From: a virus
Lineage: Duplodnaviria > Heunggongvirae > Uroviricota > Caudoviricetes
Strand: one strand, 5' to 3'
Virus record (IMG/VR): IMGVR_UViG_2778261160_000003
Span: 1 to 17,256 of that record
Length of the DNA stretch: 17,256 nucleotides
In this document: positions 8,213 to 16,322 of the stretch, piece after piece
Layout of the letters: every line of letters starts with the position of its first letter
Numbering within the stretch: position 1 is the stretch's first letter
Program-made: the position numbers and the translations under genes
Notes under the pieces: model-generated
The model's input: only the letters and a program-made list of their open reading frames with translations
Databases searched by the model: none
Told to the model about the DNA's origin: nothing

Positions 8213-9295
8213 ATGATAAACGTTACAAACGAAATGCTCATTGATGTTGTCAGTGATGCTCTTACCGGGAAGAGGGAAAGTCTCCTCATGCGGTTGCGGA
8301 TTATGGCAAAAAAACTAAAAAAAGAATCTCCTGAATTAGCGGGTAAATTAGAAGATTTACTTATTAATACGGGTGGCGCAATTGCAGTCGAAAGGGCTAA
8401 TCCAGTTGTTCCTAAAATAACACCTGTTGATGCGGATACAAGACAAAAGCTGCTAGTTGAAACATATCCTGTGGTCATTGATGTTGAACCTGTTTGGCCA
8501 ACAAAAACTGATGTTCAACTGAATCGATTTGTGGCTGAGTGGGAAATGAAAGAACGCCTTTATAAAGAAGGGTTGCATCCCTCCAAATCTCTTCTTATGG
8601 GAGGACCACCCGGTGTGGGGAAGACTTTGGCTGCAAAGTGGCTCGCTTTTAAACTCGATATGCCATTGTTAACATTAGATCTCGCAAGTGTAATGAGTAG
8701 CTACTTGGGGAAAACGGGTAATAATATTAAGGCAGTCCTCAATTATGCTTCGTCATTCCCTTGTGTACTGCTTCTTGACGAATTTGATGCGATTGCTAAA
8801 AAAAGGGATGATGCAACAGATGTTGGAGAACTAAAAAGATTAGTTACAGTATTATTGCAAGCAATTGATGAATGGCCAAATACGTCTGTTCTTATAGCAG
8901 CAACTAACCATGCGGAGCTGCTTGATCCTGCTGCATGGAGAAGATTCGATCGAGTTATTGATTTTGAATATCCAACACAAGACCTAATGAGAAGATATCT
9001 CTGTTCTAAAAATATTGGAGATAGCTTATCGTACTATATTGCTACAAAACTCGAAAAAGTTTCATATGCAGTTCTTGAGAGAGCTATAAATCAAGCTAAA
9101 AGAAATGCCATTATAGAAGATATTCCTTTAAGTTCAGCTTTAATTGATGAGTTGTTAGATGGCGTGTCACTTGATGATGTTATAAAAAACATGTCAAACA
9201 ACAATGTATCACAAAGAAAAATCGCTTTAGATTTGGGGATTTCAAGGTCACAAGTACGTAAGGTTTTGACGGTTGAGGATGAAGACAATGAATGA
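8213..9295 (+). CDS. AAA+ ATPase with C-terminal HTH-like tail (cargo gene 1)
   Basis: 360 codons. Walker A GPPGVGKT (Lys codon 8621-8623), Walker B VLLLDEFD (8777-8782), sensor-1 IAATNH, second-region-of-homology-like AAWRRFDRV. C-terminal SQRKIALDLGISRSQVRKVL resembles a helix-turn-helix. AT-rich. Confidence 0.85.
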   Translation: MINVTNEMLIDVVSDALTGKRESLLMRLRIMAKKLKKESPELAGKLEDLLINTGGAIAVERANPVVPKITPVDADTRQKLLVETYPVVIDVEPVWPTKTDVQLNRFVAEWEMKERLYKEGLHPSKSLLMGGPPGVGKTLAAKWLAFKLDMPLLTLDLASVMSSYLGKTGNNIKAVLNYASSFPCVLLLDEFDAIAKKRDDATDVGELKRLVTVLLQAIDEWPNTSVLIAATNHAELLDPAAWRRFDRVIDFEYPTQDLMRRYLCSKNIGDSLSYYIATKLEKVSYAVLERAINQAKRNAIIEDIPLSSALIDELLDGVSLDDVIKNMSNNNVSQRKIALDLGISRSQVRKVLTVEDEDNE

Positions 9296-11480
9296 TAAAA
9301 ATATGCTTCTTGGCTATGGTGAAACACTAACTAACCCTGTTAAACTTAACAGAGGTGGAGGTGAAAAGAATAAACCTTACTCTTATTCAGAAAATAAACC
9401 AGTGATATCTGCTCAACTGGAAGAGTTGATTGAGGAAATTAATACCCTTCCATTGTTAGCAATGCCTGAAGGTAAGGCTGTAGCAAAATTTGTTTTGCAT
9501 CCGGCATTCTTAGCAAAAAGTTATTTTCCAGTAAGTCTTTTTGAGCGATTTTCCCTAGAAAGCATAGGCAGTAAGGCTGTAAAAGTAAAACCTAGAAAAG
9601 ATATTAAAAAAAGAGGGCGAAAAGAGGAATACACTACAGCGTGTATTTATGTTTCTGGCAAAAAAGAAAGTTTTCAATCATTCTTAGACTCTGTAAATCA
9701 AGATACCCTAACGAAAGGGCAGCAAAATGATTTTGTCACCTTAGAAAATATTTCAATACTGGAAGTTTCAGATAAAGTAAAAACGATTAATAGCAATGAA
9801 GTTATGAGTATTGAGGTCGCCTTACATACTCCTGATACAAGTTCCTCTATTGTCGATAGTTTTGAAGTTTTTGCTTCGCAAAATGGTGCTGTTATAGATA
9901 AGGCAAGAAGTATAAAAGTTAAGGGGCTAACCTTTATGCCTATTAAGGCTAGTAAAGATGTAGCTTTAAAAGTTGCAGAGTTTTCATTTCTCAGGACTTT
10001 GAGAGAACTTCCTGAATTAAGGCTAAGTGAGCCTGTTATATCACGTTCTGTGATTCAAACATCTAACCTTAGTTTACCATCTGAAGGAGCGGTAAACCCA
10101 CACATAAAGGTTGCCATATTCGATGGTGGATTGGGGATCGATGATTTCAATCCTTGGGTAACAGAGTACACTTTCAACGGTAATGCTAGTACTAATGCAA
10201 AACTTCTTTCTCATGGACAGGATGTCACCTCTACTGTGTTATTTGGTGTTCTTGGCTCTGAAACGGAAAAATTAAGTGTTCCTTATTGTAATATTGACCA
10301 TTATCGTGTACTGGATTCCAATGTTAATAACTCAGATGTCGATCTTTTTGACGTTCTGATCCGTATTAAAAGTGTATTAGAACAAAAAAAATATGATTAT
10401 ATCAATCTGAGCTTAGGACCTAGATTACCTGTTGATGACGATGACGTGCATGTGTGGACCTCAACTCTTGAGGAGATACTTGCATCAGGAGAAACACTTT
10501 GTACTGTCGCGGTTGGAAATGATGGTCAGCTGCCTGCCAAGTTAAATCGAATTCAACCACCTGCTGATTTAGTTAATGGTCTGTCAGTAGGTGCAGCAAC
10601 CTCTTTATCTGATAGTTGGGAAAGATGTTCTTACAGTTGTATTGGTCCTGGACGAAGCCCTGGCTTTGTGAAGCCTGATGGAGTTGCATTTGGAGGACAT
10701 TCTGATGAGCCATTCCAGGTATACAGCCCTATGGTTAATGGTCTTGCCCGCACTGCGGGGACTAGCTTTTCTGCTCCATTAGTCCTGAGGCAAGCAATCG
10801 CGTTAAGTGCTTCTCTAAATTACAACATTACACCACTTACGGCTAAAGCTCTGCTTATACATCATGCGGAGAGCAATAATATCAATCGTGCTGAAGTTGG
10901 TTGGGGACGATTTCCTCATGATCTTAGTGAAGTAATATTTTGTGATGATGATGAAGTTAAAGTTATATATCAAGGTACTTTAAAACCATCACAACACATG
11001 CGAGCACCTATTCCGTTTCCAGATGTACCTATGCGTGGATGTGTAAATTTAAGAGCGACATTCTGTTTTTCCAGTCCTGTTGATGCGGAACATCCTTTGA
11101 ATTATACAAGAAGCGGTCTAGAAGTAACCATGAGAAAAGGTGTTTCAGATAGTTCCGGGTTAACGTTTCCTCTTTTTAATCTAAAAAATGTTTATGCAGA
11201 TGAAAATGAGCAACGTGTTGATGCACATAAATGGGAGACTACGTTAAGAAGTGAACACAAATTTAAACCGAATGAGCTGACAAACCCATGCTTTGATATT
11301 ATCTACTATGGTAGAGACTGTGGTATGCCTATTGATGTTGACGAGTTAGAAGAACTACCATATGTTCTTGTTGTGACTTTATCTGCTGAAGAAATGCCGG
11401 ATTTATATAACCTAATTAGGCAGAAATATCAAACCTTACAGCCTATCCAAGTTCAACAGCAAATTATGTTACGTACTTAA
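9288..11480 (+). CDS. Subtilisin-like serine protease, S8 family, no signal peptide (cargo gene 2)
   Basis: 730 codons from ATG 9288; alternative ATG at 9279, ORF track starts at TTG 9273. Start overlaps the ATPase stop as ATGAATGA. Catalytic motifs in canonical order: Asp in VAIFDGG (10122-10124), His in SHGQDV (10212-10214), Asn in AVGNDG (10518-10520), Ser in GTSFSAP (10764-10766). N-terminus is hydrophilic. Confidence 0.85.
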   Translation: MNDKNMLLGYGETLTNPVKLNRGGGEKNKPYSYSENKPVISAQLEELIEEINTLPLLAMPEGKAVAKFVLHPAFLAKSYFPVSLFERFSLESIGSKAVKVKPRKDIKKRGRKEEYTTACIYVSGKKESFQSFLDSVNQDTLTKGQQNDFVTLENISILEVSDKVKTINSNEVMSIEVALHTPDTSSSIVDSFEVFASQNGAVIDKARSIKVKGLTFMPIKASKDVALKVAEFSFLRTLRELPELRLSEPVISRSVIQTSNLSLPSEGAVNPHIKVAIFDGGLGIDDFNPWVTEYTFNGNASTNAKLLSHGQDVTSTVLFGVLGSETEKLSVPYCNIDHYRVLDSNVNNSDVDLFDVLIRIKSVLEQKKYDYINLSLGPRLPVDDDDVHVWTSTLEEILASGETLCTVAVGNDGQLPAKLNRIQPPADLVNGLSVGAATSLSDSWERCSYSCIGPGRSPGFVKPDGVAFGGHSDEPFQVYSPMVNGLARTAGTSFSAPLVLRQAIALSASLNYNITPLTAKALLIHHAESNNINRAEVGWGRFPHDLSEVIFCDDDEVKVIYQGTLKPSQHMRAPIPFPDVPMRGCVNLRATFCFSSPVDAEHPLNYTRSGLEVTMRKGVSDSSGLTFPLFNLKNVYADENEQRVDAHKWETTLRSEHKFKPNELTNPCFDIIYYGRDCGMPIDVDELEELPYVLVVTLSAEEMPDLYNLIRQKYQTLQPIQVQQQIMLRT

Positions 11481-11485
11481 CAATG

Positions 11486-11509
11486 TGGAGGGGTTCCCCC
11501 TCCTTTATT
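11486..11509 (+). terminator. Rho-independent terminator after the cargo cassette
   Basis: GGAGGGG - TTC - CCCCTCC hairpin followed by TTTATT, 6 nt after the protease stop codon. Confidence 0.5.
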
Positions 11510-11518
11510 AAGCTTTAT

Positions 11519-12133
11519 CTATGTTGATTGTGGGTCATCGTTTATTAAGTTATATTTTTCAAAATGGATAATATTAATTCCTAACCATTCATTAAATTCC
11601 TGTAATCGTTTTTGTAAAGGCATTAATTCATTTCGAACAAACACTCGACTCGCCTTCTCTACATCTCCAAATCCTCCAACATTACTTGGCATAATCCCCA
11701 TCATTTGCGGCGGCACACGGTGTGCCGCCATCATGTCGTCCCGGCTCACGTTCTTGATATTCAGAAACTCATCCTTCGCCGCGACTTCTGACAACGGGAT
11801 GATCTGAAGCCCGTCCTTTTTGCCGTTAGGCGAGTACATAAACAGGTTGCGGAAGTTGCCAGGGCCTTTGGCGCTTTTCATCGCATTGCGGAGGTTGTTC
11901 ACATCCTCCTGGTTCTGCGCGGCATCGGTCATGTACATGATGAAGCCTGCATGACTGCCGTTAATATAATACTTCCGGCGGAACAGCGTGGCGGACTCGT
12001 TGAGCAGGGCTGACGGAATGGCAGAAAGATAACCTGGCAGGCCGTAGATCTCCTGGTTGATGTCAGGTTCCATCAGATGAAAAATGCTGCCTTTCGTGAA
12101 CTGATACGGCTGGGTTGTCATACCGTATTGCAC
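11519..12133 (-). pseudogene. Q: Portal protein (P2 Q-like) C-terminal fragment
   Basis: 204-codon minus-strand ORF with portal-like sequence, in the position and orientation of P2 Q. Far shorter than an intact portal; its 5' part is replaced by tail tube sequence on the opposite strand. Confidence 0.6.
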
Positions 12134-12558
12134 AAACCAGTAGGTATCCAGGTCTAACCCGCGTCGGGTGTATTTTGCCAGTGGATGTGGATCTGGGGCT
12201 TGATGACAGTGCGCTGGACACAGAATTTTCCATTGGTGGTACTGAATTGCTGCTGTTTAAGCAGATGGGCAAAGCCACGGTGGATGGCATCCAGTTGCGC
12301 TTTACCGGCTCTATCCAGCGTGACGATACCGGGGAAGTGCAGGCCGTGGAGCTTGTGGTGCGTGGACGTCACAAAGAAGTGGATTCCGGTGAGTGGAAGA
12401 CGGGCGAAAGCAACACCACCAAAGTGACCAGTACCAACAGCTACGCGAAGCTGACCATCAATGGTGAGGTGCTCTATGAAGTGGACCTTATCAACATGGT
12501 GGAAATTGTGGACGGTGTGGACCTGATGGAAGCGCACCGCAACGCCCTCGGCCTCTGA
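12115..12558 (+). pseudogene. FII: Major tail tube protein (P2 FII-like) C-terminal fragment
   Basis: ORF contains PVDVDLGLDDSALDTEF ... RFTGSIQRDDTGE ... INMVEIVDGVDLMEAHRNALGL, matching my memory of the P2 FII C-terminal half. Recognisable similarity probably begins near 12170. No sheath or upstream tail genes are present. Confidence 0.6.
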
Positions 12559-12612
12559 TGTATCTGAACGGCGCGGGATTCCGCGCCAGAACCCAATTTA
12601 CAGGACAACAAA

Positions 12613-12915
12613 ATGAGCGATAAGCAGACTGAAAAGACCATTCAACTGGATACCCCTATCAAGCGCGGTAAAACAGAAATTACCGAAATTGTGCTGCGTA
12701 AACCGCAGTCCGGTGCGCTGCGCGGTACACGCCTGCAGGCCATTATGGATATGGATGTGAACGCGATGATGACCGTGATCCCCCGCATTTCCAGTCCGGC
12801 ACTGACTGCACAGGAAATCGCAGAGATGGACCCGGCAGATCTCACAGCCATGTCGGTTGAGGTTGTCACTTTTTTGTTGAAGAAGTCGGTGCTTGCCGGT
12901 TTACCGACAGCCTGA
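12613..12915 (+). CDS. E: Tail assembly chaperone E (P2 gpE-like)
   Basis: 100 codons, MSDKQTEKTIQLDTPIKRGKTEITEI ... AEMDPADLTAM, immediately upstream of the tape-measure gene. Confidence 0.8.
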   Translation: MSDKQTEKTIQLDTPIKRGKTEITEIVLRKPQSGALRGTRLQAIMDMDVNAMMTVIPRISSPALTAQEIAEMDPADLTAMSVEVVTFLLKKSVLAGLPTA

Positions 12916-13049
12916 CGGTTGACGATCTGGTGGCAGATATCGCCACCATCTTTCACTGGCCGCCATCCGTTACTGACGTTATGCCGCTGACCGAAGTGCT
13001 GGAATGGCGGTATAAAGCGATTCAGAGAAGCGGGGCCAACGATGAGTGA
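12613..13049 (+). CDS. E+E' fusion product via programmed -1 ribosomal frameshift
   Basis: Slippery heptamer T TTT TTG at 12870-12876 near the end of E. The -1 frame is open from 12876 to a TGA at 13047-13049 (checked codon by codon) and overlaps the T start codon. Confidence 0.6.
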
Positions 13050-13971
13050 TAATAACCTGCGCCTGCAGGTCATTCTTAATGCGGTTGACAAACTCACCCG
13101 CCCATTCCGTGCTGCACAGGCCAGTTCGAAAGAGCTGGCTGGCGCAATCAGAAACTCCCGTGACGCATTAAAGCAACTCAATCAGGCGGGTAACAGCCTG
13201 GAAAAATTTCGCAAGCTGCAGGCCGATAACAAGAAGTTAGGCGACAGGCTGAACTATGCCAGACAGAAGGCTAATTTGCTTAGCTCTGAGCTGGAGGCGA
13301 TGGAACAACCATCACAAAGGCATCTTGTGGCTTTAGGTCGGCAAACGCTGGCAGTCCAACGCCTGGAAGAACAACAAAAATATTTGCAGAAGCAAACGGC
13401 TCTTGTGCGTGCAGAACTGTACCGGGCGGGAATTTCTGCGAAAGATGATGCGGGAGCAACTGCCCGTTTAGCCCGTGAAACATCACGTTATAACCAGGAA
13501 CTTTCGAAACAAGAGGCGCGGCTGAAGCGACTGGGGGAAGCTCAGCGCAGGATGAATGCGGCGCGTGCCAGTTATGCCCGTTCGCTGGAGGTGCGTGATC
13601 GTATTGCAGGTGCCGGAGCCACCACCACGGCTGCAGGGCTGGCAATGGGCGCACCAGTGATGGCGGCAGTAAAAAGCTATACCAGCATGGAAGATGCCAT
13701 GAAAGGTGTGGCAAAGCAGGTCAATGGTCTGCGTGACGATAATGGCAACCGCACCGCGCGTTTTTACGAAATGCAGGATGCCATCAAGGCTGCCAGCGAA
13801 CAGTTGCCGATGGAAAACGGTGCTGTGGACTTTGCTGCACTGGTTGAAGGTGGTGCGCGTATGAACGTCGCAAACCCTGACGACAGCTGGGAAGACCAGA
13901 AACGTGACCTGCTGGCCTTCGCCAGTACGGCGGCAAAGGCGGCAAATGCCTGTGAAGGTCAGTGGTTTTAA
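13042..13971 (+). pseudogene. T: Tail tape measure protein (P2 gpT-like), truncated N-terminal portion
   Basis: 309-codon ORF starting MSDNNLRLQVILNAVDKL with coiled-coil-like Gln/Ala/Arg-rich sequence. Far shorter than an intact tape measure; its 3' end runs into a D-like fragment in another frame. Confidence 0.6.
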
Positions 13972-14092
13972 ACAGCCGATAGATGATGCGGAATGGACCA
14001 TTACGACTCTGACACATACCGTCAGCCCGGATAACGGTTTTACGACCAGTCTGGAGCTTGAAGTGAGGATTGATGATTTCGAAATGGAATGA
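13904..14092 (+). pseudogene. D: Tail protein D (P2 gpD-like) C-terminal fragment
   Basis: 62-codon ORF ending SGFKQPIDDAEWTITTLTHTVSPDNGFTTSLELEVRIDDFEME, directly upstream of ogr as in P2. Fragment only. Confidence 0.5.
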
Positions 14093-14182
14093 TTCTTCGC
14101 AATGGAGAACTTTTAAGTTTGCAAAATGGAATAATACGGTATCATTATTGTGAATGTAGCAAAAATGGGGAGAACTCGAAAA

Positions 14183-14401
14183 ATGATGATTTGCCCACTG
14201 TGTGGAAGTGCCGCCCATACTCGCAGCAGTTTTCAGGTATCTTCATTGACCAAAGAGCGTTACAACCAGTGCCAGAACATTAACTGCAGCCATACTTTTG
14301 TTACTCATGAAACTTTTGTTCGTTCGATTGCAACGCCTAAAGAGTCAAATCCGGTTCAGCCGCATCCAATGAAATCTGGACAGGTGGCGCTCTCTCTTTG
14401 A
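14183..14401 (+). CDS. ogr: Late-gene transcriptional activator, Ogr/Delta zinc-finger family
   Basis: 72 codons from ATG 14183; the ORF track starts at 14150. MMICPLCGSAAHTRSS ... KERYNQCQNINCSHTF closely matches P2 Ogr (MFHCPLCQHAAHARTS ... KERYHQCQNVNCSATF) from memory. Confidence 0.85.
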   Translation: MMICPLCGSAAHTRSSFQVSSLTKERYNQCQNINCSHTFVTHETFVRSIATPKESNPVQPHPMKSGQVALSL

Positions 14402-14423
14402 CGCTGCCGCCATTTTGTCGCCA
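14402..14423. repeat. Candidate attR core, 22-bp direct repeat CGCTGCCGCCATTTTGTCGCCA
   Basis: 21 of 22 identical to 19-40. Begins immediately after the ogr stop codon. Confidence 0.55.
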
Positions 14424-14481
14424 TCGTTAAAAAACAGTGCTTCTAACATCATGATTTTAAACGGTATAAATTTCAGGCAAC

Positions 14482-14524
14482 AAAAAACCCATCAACCTTG
14501 AACCGAAATGGCGGGGTTGATGGG
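14482..14524 (-). terminator. Putative ybjL rho-independent terminator
   Basis: Inverted repeat CCCATCAACC (14488-14497) / GGTTGATGGG (14515-14524) with a T-run on the minus strand (plus strand CAAAAAA at 14481-14487). The 17-nt loop is larger than typical. Confidence 0.4.
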
Positions 14525-14636
14525 CTCCACAAAATGGGGACATCAAAGAAAAGCAGTGGCATTAATTAAGACTGATGCCCTGCGGAAAAGTTCTGCGGTT
14601 GTGCAAAAAAATTTCATTTTCAGGGCAACTTCAGTT

Positions 14637-16322
14637 TTATCCTAATCCTGGCCATACCATGACGATGATTGTCCCTGCCAGCGTCAGCAGGACGTTGGCG
14701 ATTGCGTAGGTGCCCGCATAGCCCAGCGCAGGGATGTTACTGCGAGCTGTATCACTGATGATCTCCATTGCCGGCGCGCAGGTGCGTGCGCCCATCATTG
14801 CGCCGAACAACAGTGCGCGGTTCATTCGCAATACATAAGCACCGAACAAGAAACAGATAACCACGGGCACAAGACTGACAATTAATCCGGCAATCAACAT
14901 CTGACCGCCAATCGCGCCCAGGCCGTTATTAATACCGCTACCGGCGCTCAGACCAACGCCTGCCATAAACACCATCAAGCCGAACTCTTTCACCATGCTT
15001 AATGCACCTTGCGGAATGTAACCGAAGGTCGGGTGGTTAGCACGCATAAAGCCCAGCATAATTCCGGCGAATAACAACCCGGCAGCGTTCCCCATGCCGA
15101 AACTGAATGTGCTGAACTGGAAGGTGATCATCCCGATCATCAGCCCAATAACAAAGAAGGCGCAAAATGCCAGCAGGTCAGTGACCTGGCTGTGAATCGA
15201 GATAAAGCCGATGCGATCGGCGATGGTTTTTACGCGACGGGCATCACCGCTGACTTGTAAAACGTCACCTTTGTTAAGCACGACGTTGTCATCTATCGGC
15301 ATCTCAATCTGGCTACGAATGACGCGGTTAAGGAAGCAACCGTGATCGGTCAACTTCAGTTGTGCGAGACGTTTACCTACAGCGTTATGGTTTTTAACGA
15401 CCACTTCTTCAGTGACGATACGCATGTCGAGAAGGTCACGATCGAAAACTTCTTTACCGTTACGGAAGCTGGGATCGAGTCGGGCATGGGCGTCGGGATA
15501 GCCTACCAACGCTATTTCATCGCCCATTTGTAGCACGGCATCACCGTCTGGATTTGCCAGAATCCCGTTACGTCGAATACGTTCAATGTAGCAGCCGGTT
15601 TGTCGATAAATACCCAGTTCACGCAGATTTTTGCCGTCGGTCCAGGCCACCAGCTCCGGGCCGACGCGATAGGCGCGGATCACCGGTAAATAAACCTTAC
15701 GGTTGGCATCAGTGTCCAGGCCACGTTCGCGGGCGATTTGCTGGGCGCTGGTCTGTAAGTCCTGATGCTGCAATTTCGGCAAGTAACGCGCACCAACAAT
15801 CAAACTCACCAGACCGATTAAATAGGTTAAGGCATACCCGAGGCTCAGATTATCCAGTGCCAGTGAGAGCTGCCTGCTTTCCATGCCGGAATGACGCAGT
15901 GTATCGCCAGCACCGACCAGAACCGGTGTCGACGTCATAGAGCCTGCTAACATACCGGCCGTCAGGCCAATATCCCAGCCAAACAGCTTACCTAACCCTA
16001 AGGCGATCACCAGCGCACTGCCAACCATCACCAGTGCTAACATTAGGTAATTTTTCCCATCGCGAAAAAAAATGGAAAAAAAGTTCGGTCCGGCTTCGAC
16101 CCCGACGCAGAAAATAAACAGCATAAAGCCAAGATTAAGCGCATCGGTGTTAATGCTGAAATGTTGTTGGCCTAATAACAGCGATACGACTAAAACGCCA
16201 ATGGAATTACCCAGTTGGATCGAACCAAGTCGTAACTTTCCGAGACATAGCCCAAGCGCGAGGACCACAAATAATAACAGAATGTAATTCCCATTTAACA
16301 ATTCGGCGACGTTTATATTCAC
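14637..16322 (-). CDS. ybjL: Putative transport protein YbjL (AAE-family transporter)
   Basis: 561 codons; sequence [33 protein letters not shown]... recognised as E. coli YbjL. Multiple hydrophobic segments and central soluble domains. Confidence 0.9.

Noticed and set aside
8209-9327. Minus-strand ORFs 8209-8478 and 9091-9327 within the cargo cassette
   Set aside because: Antisense to the ATPase and protease genes with no RBS; the cassette is best explained by the two plus-strand genes.
11709-11729. Perfect 10-bp inverted repeat GGCGGCACAC-G-GTGTGCCGCC inside the portal fragment
   Set aside because: It lies within coding sequence and encodes part of the conserved portal region. I also looked for a GC-rich cos-like site between the cargo and Q and found none. 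Most likely a coding coincidence; a recombination or packaging role is possible but unsupported.
12063-12537. ORFs 12063-12290 (minus), 12154-12537 (minus) and 12185-12427 (plus) across the tail tube fragment
   Set aside because: Overlapping shadow frames; only the 12115-12558 frame yields sequence that looks like tail tube protein.
12570-12587. Hairpin GGCGCGG-GATT-CCGCGCC between the FII fragment and E
   Set aside because: No downstream T-run, so not a convincing intrinsic terminator. It could be an attenuator or RNA processing site, but the evidence is too thin for a feature call.
13280-14283. Minus-strand ORFs 13280-13714, 13483-14001, 13784-14218 and plus-strand ORF 14089-14283
   Set aside because: Antisense or alternative frames over the T fragment and the ogr gene; Arg/Cys/His-rich translations typical of non-coding frames in GC-rich DNA; 14089-14283 overlaps the strongly recognisable ogr in another frame.
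15342-16287. Plus-strand ORFs 15342-15533, 15554-15940 and 16072-16287 inside ybjL
   Set aside because: Antisense to a confidently recognised 561-codon host gene.
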